A stretch of 64,000 nt of DNA from Gemmatimonadota bacterium (GTDB lineage Bacteria; Gemmatimonadota; Gemmatimonadetes; Gemmatimonadales; GWC2-71-9). Both the position numbers and the translations under genes were made by a program. The stretch covers positions 85,152 through 149,151 of the forward strand of contig JAZDCY010000011.1 of the NCBI GenBank assembly GCA_036679645.1. The letters are read 5' to 3'. The notes beneath the pieces were generated by a model. That model saw only the letters and a program-made list of their open reading frames with translations, searched no databases and was not told where the DNA came from. Below, piece by piece: positions 10,094 through 19,838 of the stretch; the stretch's first letter is position 1; every line of letters begins with the position of its first letter.

Positions 10094-11134
10094 TCAGCCG
10101 GCCGGTGTGGTAGACAGCAAGCTCGCCGCGGCCCGCCTGCCCGATACGATGGCGCCGTCGATTCCTGGTTCATGGAAGGCCGCTCCGGCAAACTCGACGG
10201 GGCCCAGCGAGCTGAGCGCGTTGCGCGCGGCAGCGATGTGGTCTTGCGATCCGTGCGGGGAATCGGGGAAGATCTCGGGCCAACGGGTCACCCAGGCCAG
10301 GATGGGTGCGGCCCGGATTCCCAGGGTCGGTTCCAGCAGGGCCGCTGCCTTCGCTTCCCACTCGGCGTCGGTGGTACTCGCAAGCTCGCCGCGCGCCGGG
10401 CGGATCACGGAGCGGAGCAGTACCGTCCCGAGCGGTGCGCGTGCGGGAAAATGTGAACTGGTGAAGGTGCACGACTGCAAGCCGGCGCCGGAGCGTCCCA
10501 GTGGGACGGTGAACCCCGACGCGTCCAAGGGATGTGCTACGTCGTCGCGGCGGAATGCGAGCGACACGACGACCACGGACCGCGCCGAGAGTCGGGTGAG
10601 ATGACGCGCCGCCTCCGGGTGGACCGGGTGCACGAGCCAGGCGGCGGCCTTGGGAGGGAATACCCGCCAGCCCGAATCGTGCGCCAGCGCCACCGCGCCG
10701 TTCCCACTGCGCAGATCGACACGGTCGCCCAGGGCGTCGGCCGCGGCGTGGACGAGTGCCTCCATGCCACACGCCAGCGTGTTTGGCACAGTATCGTGCG
10801 ACGCGTCCGGGTGCGGGACGCCGAGGAGCGCAGCGGAGCCGCCCGCGGTGAGCCGGTCGAGCGAACCGTTCTGCAGGACGAGGGTTGGGTGATCGGGCGG
10901 GGTGTAGATCTCCTGGGCTATGCCGAGTGCTTTGGCCCAGTCCGCCCCCAGCTGACCGGTCACGCCGAACGTGTCCGCCCCTTCCTCGACCACGAACCCT
11001 TCTTCTTTTGTGGTCCGAACCTGGCCGCCCAACCGGTCGGCGGTCTCGAGCACCGTGGTCTCGGCGCCGCCCGCGAGCAACTCGGAGGCTGCGGACAGTC
11101 CCGCAAGGCCGCCGCCGATCACCGTCACACGCAA
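10094..11134 (-). CDS. Protoporphyrinogen/coproporphyrinogen oxidase-like flavoprotein, short
   Basis: VIGGGLAGL FAD motif, RLGGQVRT, EEGADTF, SGF, FPARAP, GIDGAIVSG. Confidence 0.7.
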   Translation of the reverse strand: MRVTVIGGGLAGLSAASELLAGGAETTVLETADRLGGQVRTTKEEGFVVEEGADTFGVTGQLGADWAKALGIAQEIYTPPDHPTLVLQNGSLDRLTAGGSAALLGVPHPDASHDTVPNTLACGMEALVHAAADALGDRVDLRSGNGAVALAHDSGWRVFPPKAAAWLVHPVHPEAARHLTRLSARSVVVVSLAFRRDDVAHPLDASGFTVPLGRSGAGLQSCTFTSSHFPARAPLGTVLLRSVIRPARGELASTTDAEWEAKAAALLEPTLGIRAAPILAWVTRWPEIFPDSPHGSQDHIAAARNALSSLGPVEFAGAAFHEPGIDGAIVSGRRAAASLLSTTPAG

Positions 11135-11303
11135 GGTTTGCTGCTCCGCCGTTGCGCCGATCTGGGTCGTCTCATAAGTAGGAATAGAACCAACGCTCCC
11201 GCCCGCCGCGAGTCACAACAGGAGACCCATGACCCGCACGTATACCAACCCGGGCCGCATAGTGCGATTCGCGTTGGTTCCAGGGGGTGAGCGGGGGTTG
11301 AGA

Positions 11304-11380
11304 CGTGCAGCGTGCAGGGCGCAGCGTGCAGCGTAGCTTCGGCTTGTTGGGGACCCCCGCTGCACGCTAGACGCTGCACG
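11304..11380. repeat. Inverted heptamer-repeat element
   Basis: CGTGCAG CGTGCAG GGCGCAG CGTGCAG CGT then CGCTGCA CGCTAGA CGCTGCA CG. Confidence 0.6.
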
Positions 11381-11447
11381 ATGGGCGGGGTAGCGGCGGG
11401 AGGGCCCTCCCTCTCCGCCCCCTGTCTCGCTAATTTACGCCGCCTTG

Positions 11448-11520
<73 letters not shown>

Positions 11521-11689
11521 CTCTCTGAGCGCCGTTGTGACGGGGTTTTCGCGTTCCCTGCCCGCTGGACCAGATGTCGCGTGCGCCAATGCAGCCGGGT
11601 CCGCGACTCACGTCGCATGCCCGTTTCTTCCCACCTTCGCGGAGTGGGTCATGGCCTGTCCTTCCGCGTCAACCCCGGGTATGCTTCAT

Positions 11690-11785
11690 AGCAGCACCAA
11701 ACTTAGCGGGGACCTCTTTGCCCTCCGGCCAGCTCTGGCCGGAACGACGCCGGCGCCTCCTCTGAGCCACACTCTGAGGAGGGCC
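11690..11785 (+). promoter_or_regulatory. Structured 5' leader with RBS-sequestering hairpin
   Basis: CCGGCCAG/CTGGCCGG (11725-11742); CCTCCTC (11756-62) pairs with SD GAGGAGG (11776-82); TATGCT -10 at 11680. Confidence 0.55.
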
Positions 11786-12985
11786 GTGTCCAGCATCCCG
11801 CTCTCGCGGCCGTATTACGCGTCTTTCGCCCATCGCCACCCAACCGCCACCCAGGAATCAGCGCTCTCGGTACTGCCGCGAAGCGACAGTGAACGGGGAC
11901 CGATCGCGACCGCCATCGTCTATTGCGAAGCGAACTTCGGCGCCCTCGACGGGAAGACCGCCAACGGGCTCGTACGACATTCCGAGCTGTACGAGATCCT
12001 GTCGGTGATCGACAGCGAGAAAGCCGGGCTCGATGCGGGCACCGTGCTGGACGACGAGCCAAATGCCATCCCCATCCATCGCGACCTCGCCGAAGCCCTG
12101 GCCCACGTCGACGGGACACCCGACTACTTCATCTTCGGAATGGCACCGGCGAGTGGCATGTTATCGACCCACGAGCGCGGACTCGTACTCGAGGCCATGG
12201 CGCTCGGAATGAACATCGTGAACGGTCTGCATGAGTTCCTGAACGACGACCCGGAGTTCGCGGCGGCAAGCGTCGCGTGCAACGTGCAGGTCTTCGACAT
12301 CCGGAGGCCTCGCGCCAAGAAGGACCTGCGGATGTTCAGCGACCGCATCACCGAGGTGACCTGCCCCCGCATCGCCGTGCTCGGTACCGACTGCGCTATC
12401 GGCAAGCGGACGACCGCGAACATCCTCACCCTCGCCCTCAACGAAAGCGGCGTGAAAGCGGTCCTGGTCGGAACCGGACAAACCGGGCTGATCCAGGGCG
12501 CGCGTTACGGCGTGGCACTCGATGCGGTCCCGTCGCAGTTCTGCTCGGGTGAGATGGAAGCCACCATCGTCGAAGCGTTCGAGGGCGAGAACCCCGACGT
12601 GATCGTCATCGAAGGGCAAGGCGCGTTGAGTCACCCGGCCTTCTCGACCTCGAGCCTCATCATCCGGGGTAGTCGCCCGCACGGCGTCATTCTGCAGCAC
12701 GCGCCGGGGCGTGCCCATCGCTGCGACTTCCCGCAGATGGGGATGCCGACGCCGGACACTGAGATCCATCTCATCGAGACCTTCGCCGAAACGAAGGTCA
12801 TCGGTCTCACGCTCAACCACGAGAACATGACCGAGGCCGAGGTGACCGCGGCCATCGTTCGGTACGAGTACGAACTCGGCATCCCCACAACGGACGCGCT
12901 GACCCGGTCACCCGACCGCCTCGTGGATATGGTCGTGTCGATGTTCCCCGAGCTCGAGGAGAAACTGACCGCCGGCGCACGATGA
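11786..12985 (+). CDS. DUF1611 family P-loop protein (DgcN-like)
   Basis: GKTANGLVRHS, IVNGLHEFL, GTDCAIGKRTT, GTGQTG, IEGQGALSHP; GTG start after GAGGAGG. Confidence 0.85.
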   Translation: MSSIPLSRPYYASFAHRHPTATQESALSVLPRSDSERGPIATAIVYCEANFGALDGKTANGLVRHSELYEILSVIDSEKAGLDAGTVLDDEPNAIPIHRDLAEALAHVDGTPDYFIFGMAPASGMLSTHERGLVLEAMALGMNIVNGLHEFLNDDPEFAAASVACNVQVFDIRRPRAKKDLRMFSDRITEVTCPRIAVLGTDCAIGKRTTANILTLALNESGVKAVLVGTGQTGLIQGARYGVALDAVPSQFCSGEMEATIVEAFEGENPDVIVIEGQGALSHPAFSTSSLIIRGSRPHGVILQHAPGRAHRCDFPQMGMPTPDTEIHLIETFAETKVIGLTLNHENMTEAEVTAAIVRYEYELGIPTTDALTRSPDRLVDMVVSMFPELEEKLTAGAR

Positions 12986-14067
12986 CCGCACCGCGACTCG
13001 AGATTTTCCTCGATAGGATCCACCACAACGCCTGCACGCTGATCGAACGGCTTGGGGCACGCGGCATCTCGGTCACGGGCGTCACGAAGGCGACCCTGGG
13101 CTCACCCGAGATCGCCAGCGTCTTGCTCCGGGCGGGGGTCAACGCGCTCGGCGACTCGCGCATCGAGAACATCGAGGCCATGCGCGGCGCGGGCGTCCCG
13201 GGACCAATGATCCTGATTCGCTCACCAATGCTCAGTCAAGCCGACAAGGTCGTCACCCACGCCGACGTGAGCTTCAACACGGAACCCGCCGTCATCCGCG
13301 CGCTCTCGTCCGCCGCGCAGGCGGCGGGGCGCACGCACGGCATCGTGCTCATGGTCGAGTTGGGAGACCTCCGCGAAGGGATCATGTCCGGTGACCTCGA
13401 GCACGTCGTGCGCGAGACGCTTCACCTCCCGAACATTGCGCTCGAGGGGATCGGGACCAACCTCGCGTGCCACAGCGGCGTGGTGCCCGACAGCAGGAAC
13501 ATGGCGGAGCTGTCGGGGGTCGTCGATGCGATGGAGACGATCTTCGGTATCACGATCGGCATCGTCTCCGGGGGGGGCTCCGCCAACCTCTCGTGGGCGC
13601 TCAGCGGCGCCGACACGGGGCGGATCAACGATCTCCGCCTGGGCGAATCGATTCTGCTCGGTTGCGACCCGCTCGACCGCGAACCGATCGAGGGACTGCA
13701 CACCGATGCCATCATGCTCGTCGCCGAAGTGATCGAGTCGAAGGTCAAGCCGTCACGGCCGTGGGGCGACATCGCGCAAACCGCGTTTGGCGAACAGCCA
13801 CGCGCCGCGGATCGCGGGTCCATCTCGCGGTCGATCCTCGCTGTTGGGCGCCAAGACACCGACGCTTCGGGCCTCAGGGCCCCTCCCGGCATCGAGATCC
13901 TCGGGACCAGCAGCGACCACCTCATCGTGGATACCGGCCGCCATCGCCTATCGGTCGGCGCCGAGATGACGTTTCAGCTCAACTACAGCGCGCTGGTCCG
14001 CGCGATGACCTCGCCCTTCGTCGCGAAGATGGTTCTGAAGGCCGAGACCAGCCAGGTGCTGGTGTAG
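12982..14067 (+). CDS. Alanine/ornithine racemase family PLP enzyme
   Basis: GVTKA, GDSRIEN, MVELGDLREG, GTNLAC, SGGGSA, LRLGESILLG, SSDHL. Confidence 0.88.
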   Translation: MTAPRLEIFLDRIHHNACTLIERLGARGISVTGVTKATLGSPEIASVLLRAGVNALGDSRIENIEAMRGAGVPGPMILIRSPMLSQADKVVTHADVSFNTEPAVIRALSSAAQAAGRTHGIVLMVELGDLREGIMSGDLEHVVRETLHLPNIALEGIGTNLACHSGVVPDSRNMAELSGVVDAMETIFGITIGIVSGGGSANLSWALSGADTGRINDLRLGESILLGCDPLDREPIEGLHTDAIMLVAEVIESKVKPSRPWGDIAQTAFGEQPRAADRGSISRSILAVGRQDTDASGLRAPPGIEILGTSSDHLIVDTGRHRLSVGAEMTFQLNYSALVRAMTSPFVAKMVLKAETSQVLV

Positions 14068-14239
14068 GGCGCCCAACCCCGCGAATCCGTCATCCATGGC
14101 CGCTACCTCAGGCACTACCAACATCTTTCAGCGCCCACCAGGTCCGCGGCCTCGTTATCTGGGGAAGCAACTTCGACGAACTGGATGTCCCTCACATCGT
14201 GAGGTTCAGAGCCAGTGAGCGATGAGCCCATGAGCTGCG

Positions 14240-14280
14240 GACTGTCCCGCAATTGTCCCGGTACGGAGCGTCACTGAACG
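14240..14280 (+). repeat. 41-bp direct repeat, copy 1 (TGTCCC x2 at 11-bp spacing)
   Basis: 38/41 identical to 21080-21120. Confidence 0.85.
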
Positions 14281-14325
14281 CCTGTCCAGGTGGGACCCTT
14301 GGCAAGTTGCTGGCATCCGTCGCTC

Positions 14326-14347
14326 ATGTGTGTGAAATGTGTGTGAA
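14326..14347 (+). repeat. Perfect 11-bp tandem repeat ATGTGTGTGAA x2
   Basis: Read directly. Confidence 0.85.
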
Positions 14348-14522
14348 TGGGGATCACCCAGGGGTACTCTAGACGCGACGAGGCACTAGAACGGGCCTGT
14401 TTCTAGGTCGAGAGTGACCTAGCGTGTACTGGAGTTCAAGGCTTTACGTGGCCTACTGCCTCAATGATCCGCTGGGGATGGTCAACTCGCCCGGTGGCCT
14501 TTCGGCGTGGCTGGCGGAGGTA

Positions 14523-14678
14523 CTACAGGACTCCACGGATCTTCTTGAGATGTGACCGGACGAAGGGCTCGCTCACCTCGAACTGCTCGCCAAGGGCGTA
14601 AGTGTCGGAGAGCGAGGACTTCCGGAGGATGGGGCGCGGCAAGAGCAGCCCACCCGCAAAGACGAACGCTTGCCACTC
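14523..14678 (-). pseudogene. C-terminal fragment of ImmA/IrrE-family metallopeptidase
   Basis: EWQAFVFAGGLLLPRPIL...LGEQFEVSEPFVRSHLKKIRGVL*; no HExxH, in-frame stop just upstream. Confidence 0.6.
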
Positions 14679-14866
14679 TACGCTGACCGCTCCACCGCCA
14701 GGGGGTCAATAGGCCGGTCGCACATCCGGCACTGGGCAACGCCCGCATAGACACGATCGCGAACGGGTTTCAGGCACTTGCACGTCCGACGCGGGTCAGG
14801 CCGCCGCGCTTCACGCATTAGCCGATCGACCTGGTTGAGTATCTTCTCGCTGGTGATTGGTTTCAT
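14678..14866 (-). CDS. Small Cys-rich protein (CxC...CxxC), possibly mobile-element derived
   Basis: MKPITSEKILNQVDRLMREARR...CKC...CRMCDRP. Confidence 0.45.
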   Translation of the reverse strand: MKPITSEKILNQVDRLMREARRPDPRRTCKCLKPVRDRVYAGVAQCRMCDRPIDPLAVERSA

Positions 14867-14954
14867 CCCCAACACCTAATCTAGGGGCTGTGCGGCGGAG
14901 GCACGGCACATCAACTGACCGACGGGACACCGTCGTGTCAGCGCGAGGGTGGGG

Positions 14955-15119
14955 GAGCACCGCCGCGAGTTCGGGGCGCAGCACCTTGACTGCCACCTTG
15001 CGCTTGTGCTTCAGGTCTTCGGCGAGATAGACGATCGCCATCCCGCCCGAACCGAGTTCACGCTCGATGGTGTAGCGGTCGGCGAGGGCGGTGGTGAGGC
15101 GATCAATGTCGTTGCTCAT
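14955..15119 (-). pseudogene. Ser/Thr kinase N-terminal stub (55 codons)
   Basis: MSNDIDRLTTALADRYTIERELGSGGMAIVYLAEDLKHKRKVAVKVLRPELAAVL, then homology lost. Confidence 0.85.
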
Positions 15120-15161
15120 ACAATCGACGATTTGCGATTTGCGATCGAACGGCTCATTACC

Positions 15162-15216
15162 TCCCACACGTCGCTTTAGCGACATCAGCCGCGCCGCGAC
15201 TTTAGTCGCGACGACC
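15162..15216 (-). repeat. Twin-hairpin kinase leader element, copy 1
   Basis: GTCGC-TTTA-GCGAC and CGCGAC-TTTA-GTCGCG; 54/55 identical to 18037-18091. Confidence 0.9.
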
Positions 15217-15274
15217 CCGTGGCAGTATCTCCATACTGGTTCCCCACCTTAACTACTAGCACTCCGGCGCCGGC

Positions 15275-18001
15275 TCAGGGCGCCGCCATCCGCCGCTTCA
15301 GTTCCTCGACAAAATTGAAGACCACGACGACGTGTACAGCGGCGTCACTCTCCCCGCGGATCATCACGAACTCTTGGCCGTCCGGGGTGATGTCGTATTC
15401 ACGGGAAAACGGGTTCGAGGCGTATTGTGCGGCCGGGAAGAGCACACGTGGTGCGCCGGTCTGAAACGTCGTTCCGGCAGTGACCGGCACGGAGATCAGG
15501 TTGCTGGCGGCATCGAGGTAGAACAGCTCGCGCCCGTTGTGGCTCCAAGCCGGATTGATCCCCCCCGTAGTGGAGATTTGGTACTGCGCGCTGCCGGCGT
15601 CGGGGAATGGGCGAACGTACACTTCCCGCCGCCCCGACTCATTCGAACTGTATGCAATCCACCGCCCATCGAAAGACACCGCCGGCGAGAGCTCTTCGGC
15701 GGGCGTGGCGACGACTGCACGTGGCACGGTGTCCACTCCGGGCCTGATCGCCAGGATGTCCGCGTTGCCGGCCTCCTGATCGTCGGTCCGGAACACCATC
15801 CACGTCCCGTCCGGCGACCACGTGAGGCCACCGAGGCCGCGGTCATCGTAGAACTCGGTTTTGCTGAGGCTGCCCGACCCATCGGCCCTCACTTCGAACA
15901 GGTTCGAGCCCAGCGCGGCAGGGGTTTCTTCCCGATTGGAAAGGAACGTGATGGTGCCTGTACCGGGCCGCCAACTGGGGCGGTAGTTGGTACTCCCGTC
16001 GAACGTCAACCGCGACTTGGGGCTGCCGTCGAGCGATTCCACCCACAAATGACTCCGGCCATCGACGCCGGCCATGCTGACCACGAGGTGCAGCCCGTCC
16101 GGCGAGAGCGTTGGCTGCTGCACCGTGAAGTCGCGGAGATCCGCCGCGACGCGACGCGACTCCCCGTTCCGGTCCACCCACACGGCCTGAAATGACTGCA
16201 CCACGCCCTTGGCGTAGGCGAGCGTGCCGTCAGGCGAGAGCGAAAAGTCCGCCGTTCCCCCCGCCGTCACCGCCACGGTGTCCGACAACTCCACCTCCCG
16301 ACCGGACAGGCGCAGGGAACCTGCGTCGAATGGCGCCGCCCATAGCACCCCGTTCGCCTTCGCGAAGACGAGGTACCCGGCCGACGAATACTGGGCGCGT
16401 ATTCCCTGTAACAGGATCTCGATCTTTCCGGTGCTCAAATCCACGACGCCGATCGATGCGCGCTCGGGATCGGTCGCGTTGCGGGCAGGAATCACCGTGA
16501 GAACCGCCGCACGCGCGCCGGGAAGCACCTCGGGCCACAGGTACCGGAGATCGTCTCGCTCCGCGTCGAGCGTGGCGACCGTCTCCAGCGCCCCTCCACG
16601 TGGCGAGACACGGACGAGACCGGCGATCCCACTGACGTAAATCCAGCCATCCGTTCCCCAATCCAGTCCGCCTCCGTCGTCCGTCACGGACGTGAGGCCG
16701 GAGTCGGCGACAATGGCGGACAGCCCGCCGCCGAGCGGCACTACGTGCAGCGTATGGGGCCCGGTGAGGTACGCGACCGAATCGCCACTGGGCGAAAACG
16801 CCGCGCAACAGCCTTCATCGAGCGACTGCGGTAGCCTGGTGGCCTGCAGTTGGTCCCATTGCCGAAGCCAGTATTGGGTCCTGGTGCCGACCCCCGGTCC
16901 GGAGTACAGCAGGCCGGCTCCGTCCGGCGCGAGGGTTAGGATAGGGCCGGGACCCGCCGTGTACCGCGGCCGCTGGTTGGCGAGCATATCCAGCATGAGT
17001 CGCATCGTTGGAGGCGGTGTGGTGTGTTCTCGCCAGGCCAGTTTCGTCGTCACGACGCCCAGGATGAGTGCCGCAACTGCGACAATGGCCACGGCGCGCA
17101 GCCCGAGTGCACGTAATGGCTGAATCGCGCCTCTTGCCTGGCTGACGGCGCGGGTGTCCGATGCGTATGACGGATTCGCAAGCGCGTCCGCAAAGGCTTT
17201 GGCACTCGCGAACCGATCCGCCGGTAGTTTCTCCAGCGCTTTCGCCACTGCTGCCGCCACGTGCGGCGACACCGATTTCCGCACCTTCGTGACGGGCTGT
17301 GCCTCCTCGGTTACGATCTTCATGATGATCTGCTGGGCCGACGAGCCCACGTGCGGCGGGCTTCCCGCCAGCATCTCGTAGAGCACGCTACCCAGCGAAT
17401 AGATGTCGGAGCGATTCGTGAGGTCCTTCTCCGCGGTCGCCTGCTCGGGACTCATGTAGTGCGGCGTGCCGAGCGAGAGGCCCGTCTCGGTCATGCGTCC
17501 ACCCGCTGCCGCGCTCACCGCCAACGCAATGCCGAAGTCCGCCACCATCGGACGGCCATCGTGGAGCAGGATATTCTCGGGCTTGATGTCCCGATGGATA
17601 ACGTTGTTGCGATGTGCGTAGTCGAGCGCGTCAGCGATGTCGGTTGTGATCTTCACCGCCTCATCGATGGAGAGTTGCGTTTCGCGGTTCAGCTTGTCGC
17701 GCAGGGTCTCGCCCTCGATGTACGGCATGACGTAGTACAGGAAGCCGTCCGTCTCTCCGGAATCGAACAGCGGCAGGATGTGCGGATGTTGGAGATTGGC
17801 GGTGGTCGTGATCTCCTGCAGGAAGCGTTCGGCACCGAGCACGGCTGCGAGTTCAGGGCGCAGTACTTTGACCGCGACCATGCGCTTGTGTTTGAGGTCT
17901 TCGGCGAGATAGACGGTCGCCATGCCACCCGCACCGAGTTCGCGTTCGATCCGGTAACGGTCGGCGAGAGCAGTGGAGAGGCGATCTACGTCGTTGCTCA
18001 T
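15275..18001 (-). CDS. Ser/Thr protein kinase with TM and PD40/TolB-like beta-propeller
   Basis: HRDIKPEN, DFGIA, GTPHYMSPEQ; TM; repeated SPDG/WSPDG motifs. Confidence 0.95.
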   Translation of the reverse strand: MSNDVDRLSTALADRYRIERELGAGGMATVYLAEDLKHKRMVAVKVLRPELAAVLGAERFLQEITTTANLQHPHILPLFDSGETDGFLYYVMPYIEGETLRDKLNRETQLSIDEAVKITTDIADALDYAHRNNVIHRDIKPENILLHDGRPMVADFGIALAVSAAAGGRMTETGLSLGTPHYMSPEQATAEKDLTNRSDIYSLGSVLYEMLAGSPPHVGSSAQQIIMKIVTEEAQPVTKVRKSVSPHVAAAVAKALEKLPADRFASAKAFADALANPSYASDTRAVSQARGAIQPLRALGLRAVAIVAVAALILGVVTTKLAWREHTTPPPTMRLMLDMLANQRPRYTAGPGPILTLAPDGAGLLYSGPGVGTRTQYWLRQWDQLQATRLPQSLDEGCCAAFSPSGDSVAYLTGPHTLHVVPLGGGLSAIVADSGLTSVTDDGGGLDWGTDGWIYVSGIAGLVRVSPRGGALETVATLDAERDDLRYLWPEVLPGARAAVLTVIPARNATDPERASIGVVDLSTGKIEILLQGIRAQYSSAGYLVFAKANGVLWAAPFDAGSLRLSGREVELSDTVAVTAGGTADFSLSPDGTLAYAKGVVQSFQAVWVDRNGESRRVAADLRDFTVQQPTLSPDGLHLVVSMAGVDGRSHLWVESLDGSPKSRLTFDGSTNYRPSWRPGTGTITFLSNREETPAALGSNLFEVRADGSGSLSKTEFYDDRGLGGLTWSPDGTWMVFRTDDQEAGNADILAIRPGVDTVPRAVVATPAEELSPAVSFDGRWIAYSSNESGRREVYVRPFPDAGSAQYQISTTGGINPAWSHNGRELFYLDAASNLISVPVTAGTTFQTGAPRVLFPAAQYASNPFSREYDITPDGQEFVMIRGESDAAVHVVVVFNFVEELKRRMAAP

Positions 18002-18036
18002 ACGATCGACGGTTGGCGATCGAACGACTCGTTACA

Positions 18037-18091
18037 TCCCACACGTCGCTTTAGCGACATCAGCCGAGCCGCGACTTTAGTCGCGACGACC
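18037..18091 (-). repeat. Twin-hairpin kinase leader element, copy 2
   Basis: Near-identical to 15162-15216. Confidence 0.9.
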
Positions 18092-18177
18092 GTAGCCATA
18101 CCACCCGCACCGAGTTCACCTTCGATTCGGTAGCTGTCGGCCAGTGCTACGGTAAGGCGGTTGAGGTCGTCGGCCAT
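18088..18177 (-). pseudogene. Ser/Thr kinase N-terminal stub (30 codons) fused to the hairpin element
   Basis: MADDLNRLTVALADSYRIEGELGAGGMATV; frame continues through element to TGA 17998-18000 overlapping the kinase ATG. Confidence 0.8.
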
Positions 18178-18356
18178 CGCGTTGGTATTCCCTGCAGAGA
18201 GAGGGCCAAAGATGGGCCTCAGTGGACGGGGTGGCTAGCTGGTGATTGTCGCGGAGTTGCTCCGGTGGGGCGACACTGAGCGGCGATGCTCGGCGGCATG
18301 AAGCCGTCTGCCGACGATAAATCGGCCGCCGGATGACAACGTTGCCCGCGAGACTC

Positions 18357-18414
18357 TTGACACCGCCTCCGCACCGGTATATTACCATACTAGCACACCA
18401 GTACACTAATACAC
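18357..18414 (+). promoter_or_regulatory. Sigma70 promoter and probable GntR/YtrA operator
   Basis: TTGACA 18357, AT-rich -10 region, repeats TAGCACAC-CAGTACAC-TAATACAC. Confidence 0.6.
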
Positions 18415-18429
18415 TCTGCGAGGAGGCGT

Positions 18430-18840
18430 GTGCTGATCACTATCGATGAAACAGATCCGCGGCCGATCTACCAGCAGATCGCGGATGAGGTTCGGCGCGG
18501 GCTGGTGGTCGGGACCCTGCGTGCCGAGGATGCGTTGCCGTCGGTGCGGCAGTTGGCGGCAGAGCTGCGGGTGAATCCGAACACAGTGCAGCAGGCATAT
18601 CGCGAACTGGAGCGGGAGGGACTGGTGCACGTTCGGCGCGGGAAGGGGACATACGTGGCGGAGATGCGTGATGGTGGTAGGGCGCGGGAGCGGAGCACGC
18701 TGGCGCGGTCGGTGGCGCAGCGGGCGTTGCGGGAGGCCCACCGGAACGGGCTGAGTGCGGAGGAGTTGGTCGAGGCGATTCGGCGCGCTGCGAGTGGCGG
18801 CGCGCCGGCGGCAACGAGCGCGGAAGGAGCAAACGCATGA
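18430..18840 (+). CDS. GntR family regulator (YtrA subfamily)
   Basis: PIYQQI, LPSVRQLAAELRVNPNTVQQAYRELEREG, RRGKGTYV. Confidence 0.92.
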   Translation: MLITIDETDPRPIYQQIADEVRRGLVVGTLRAEDALPSVRQLAAELRVNPNTVQQAYRELEREGLVHVRRGKGTYVAEMRDGGRARERSTLARSVAQRALREAHRNGLSAEELVEAIRRAASGGAPAATSAEGANA

Positions 18841-19838
18841 TGGACAAGCTGCCGACGGAACTGACCACAACCGGTCCGCTGGCCGTGACGACGCGGTCGC
18901 TGGTGAAGCGGTTCGGCCGCACGACAGCGCTGGCGGGCTTGGACCTGGCGGTGCCGGAGGGTTCCGTCTACGTGCTGGTCGGGCGGAACGGGGTGGGGAA
19001 GACGACCACGATCAATGTGCTCCTGGACCTGGTGGTCGCGGATTCGGGCACGGCGGAGGTGTTCGGATTGGACACGCGCGCCGAGGGGGCCCGCGTGCGT
19101 GCGCAGGTGGGGTATGTCCCGGAGCGGCACGAAGTGGCGTACGGCTGGATGCGGGTGGGCGCGCTGATGCGCTACCATGCCGGCTACTATCCGGCGTGGG
19201 ACGCGGCGTATGCCGACGAGTTGTCGCGACTGTTCGACATCCGCGCGGACATCAAGTTCGGCAGGCTCTCGAAAGGCCAGAAGCGCCGAGTGCAACTGCT
19301 GCTCGCCCTCGCGCATCGGCCACCGCTGCTCGTGATGGACGAGCCAACCGACGGGCTCGACCCCGTGATGCGGGAGGAGGCGCTCTCGGCCCTCGCGGCT
19401 CATCTGGCGCGCTTCCCGACGACGATTCTGGTCTCGACCCATCAGGTGCACGAGATAGAGCGACTGGGGGACCATCTCGGGCTCGTGCGCGCCGGTCGGA
19501 TCGAGGCGCAATTCAGCCGCGACACGTTGCGCCGCTACCTGCACAGCTACCGCCTCGAGGTACCGGACGGGTGGGCGGGCGTGTCGGCGATGGAGGATGT
19601 GGTGATCCGCCGGAACGGGTCGGGTCGAGAGATTGCGTGGACGATCTGGGGCAATGAGGCGGAGGTGACGGAGCGACTTGGGGGCGCGGGGGCAACGGTC
19701 CGGCAGGTCGAGCCGCTGACGTTGGAGGACGCGGCGTTGTCGCTCCTGACACAGCGCGCGACGTCGAACGGGGCCGATGGGAGTGAGATACTTCAAACGA
19801 TACCGGCCGGCGTCGGACCGGCGCATGGAGGAGAGTGA
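18837..19838 (+). CDS. ABC transporter ATP-binding protein
   Basis: GRNGVGKTT, LSKGQ, MDEPTDGLDP, STH. Confidence 0.93.
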   Translation: MMDKLPTELTTTGPLAVTTRSLVKRFGRTTALAGLDLAVPEGSVYVLVGRNGVGKTTTINVLLDLVVADSGTAEVFGLDTRAEGARVRAQVGYVPERHEVAYGWMRVGALMRYHAGYYPAWDAAYADELSRLFDIRADIKFGRLSKGQKRRVQLLLALAHRPPLLVMDEPTDGLDPVMREEALSALAAHLARFPTTILVSTHQVHEIERLGDHLGLVRAGRIEAQFSRDTLRRYLHSYRLEVPDGWAGVSAMEDVVIRRNGSGREIAWTIWGNEAEVTERLGGAGATVRQVEPLTLEDAALSLLTQRATSNGADGSEILQTIPAGVGPAHGGE

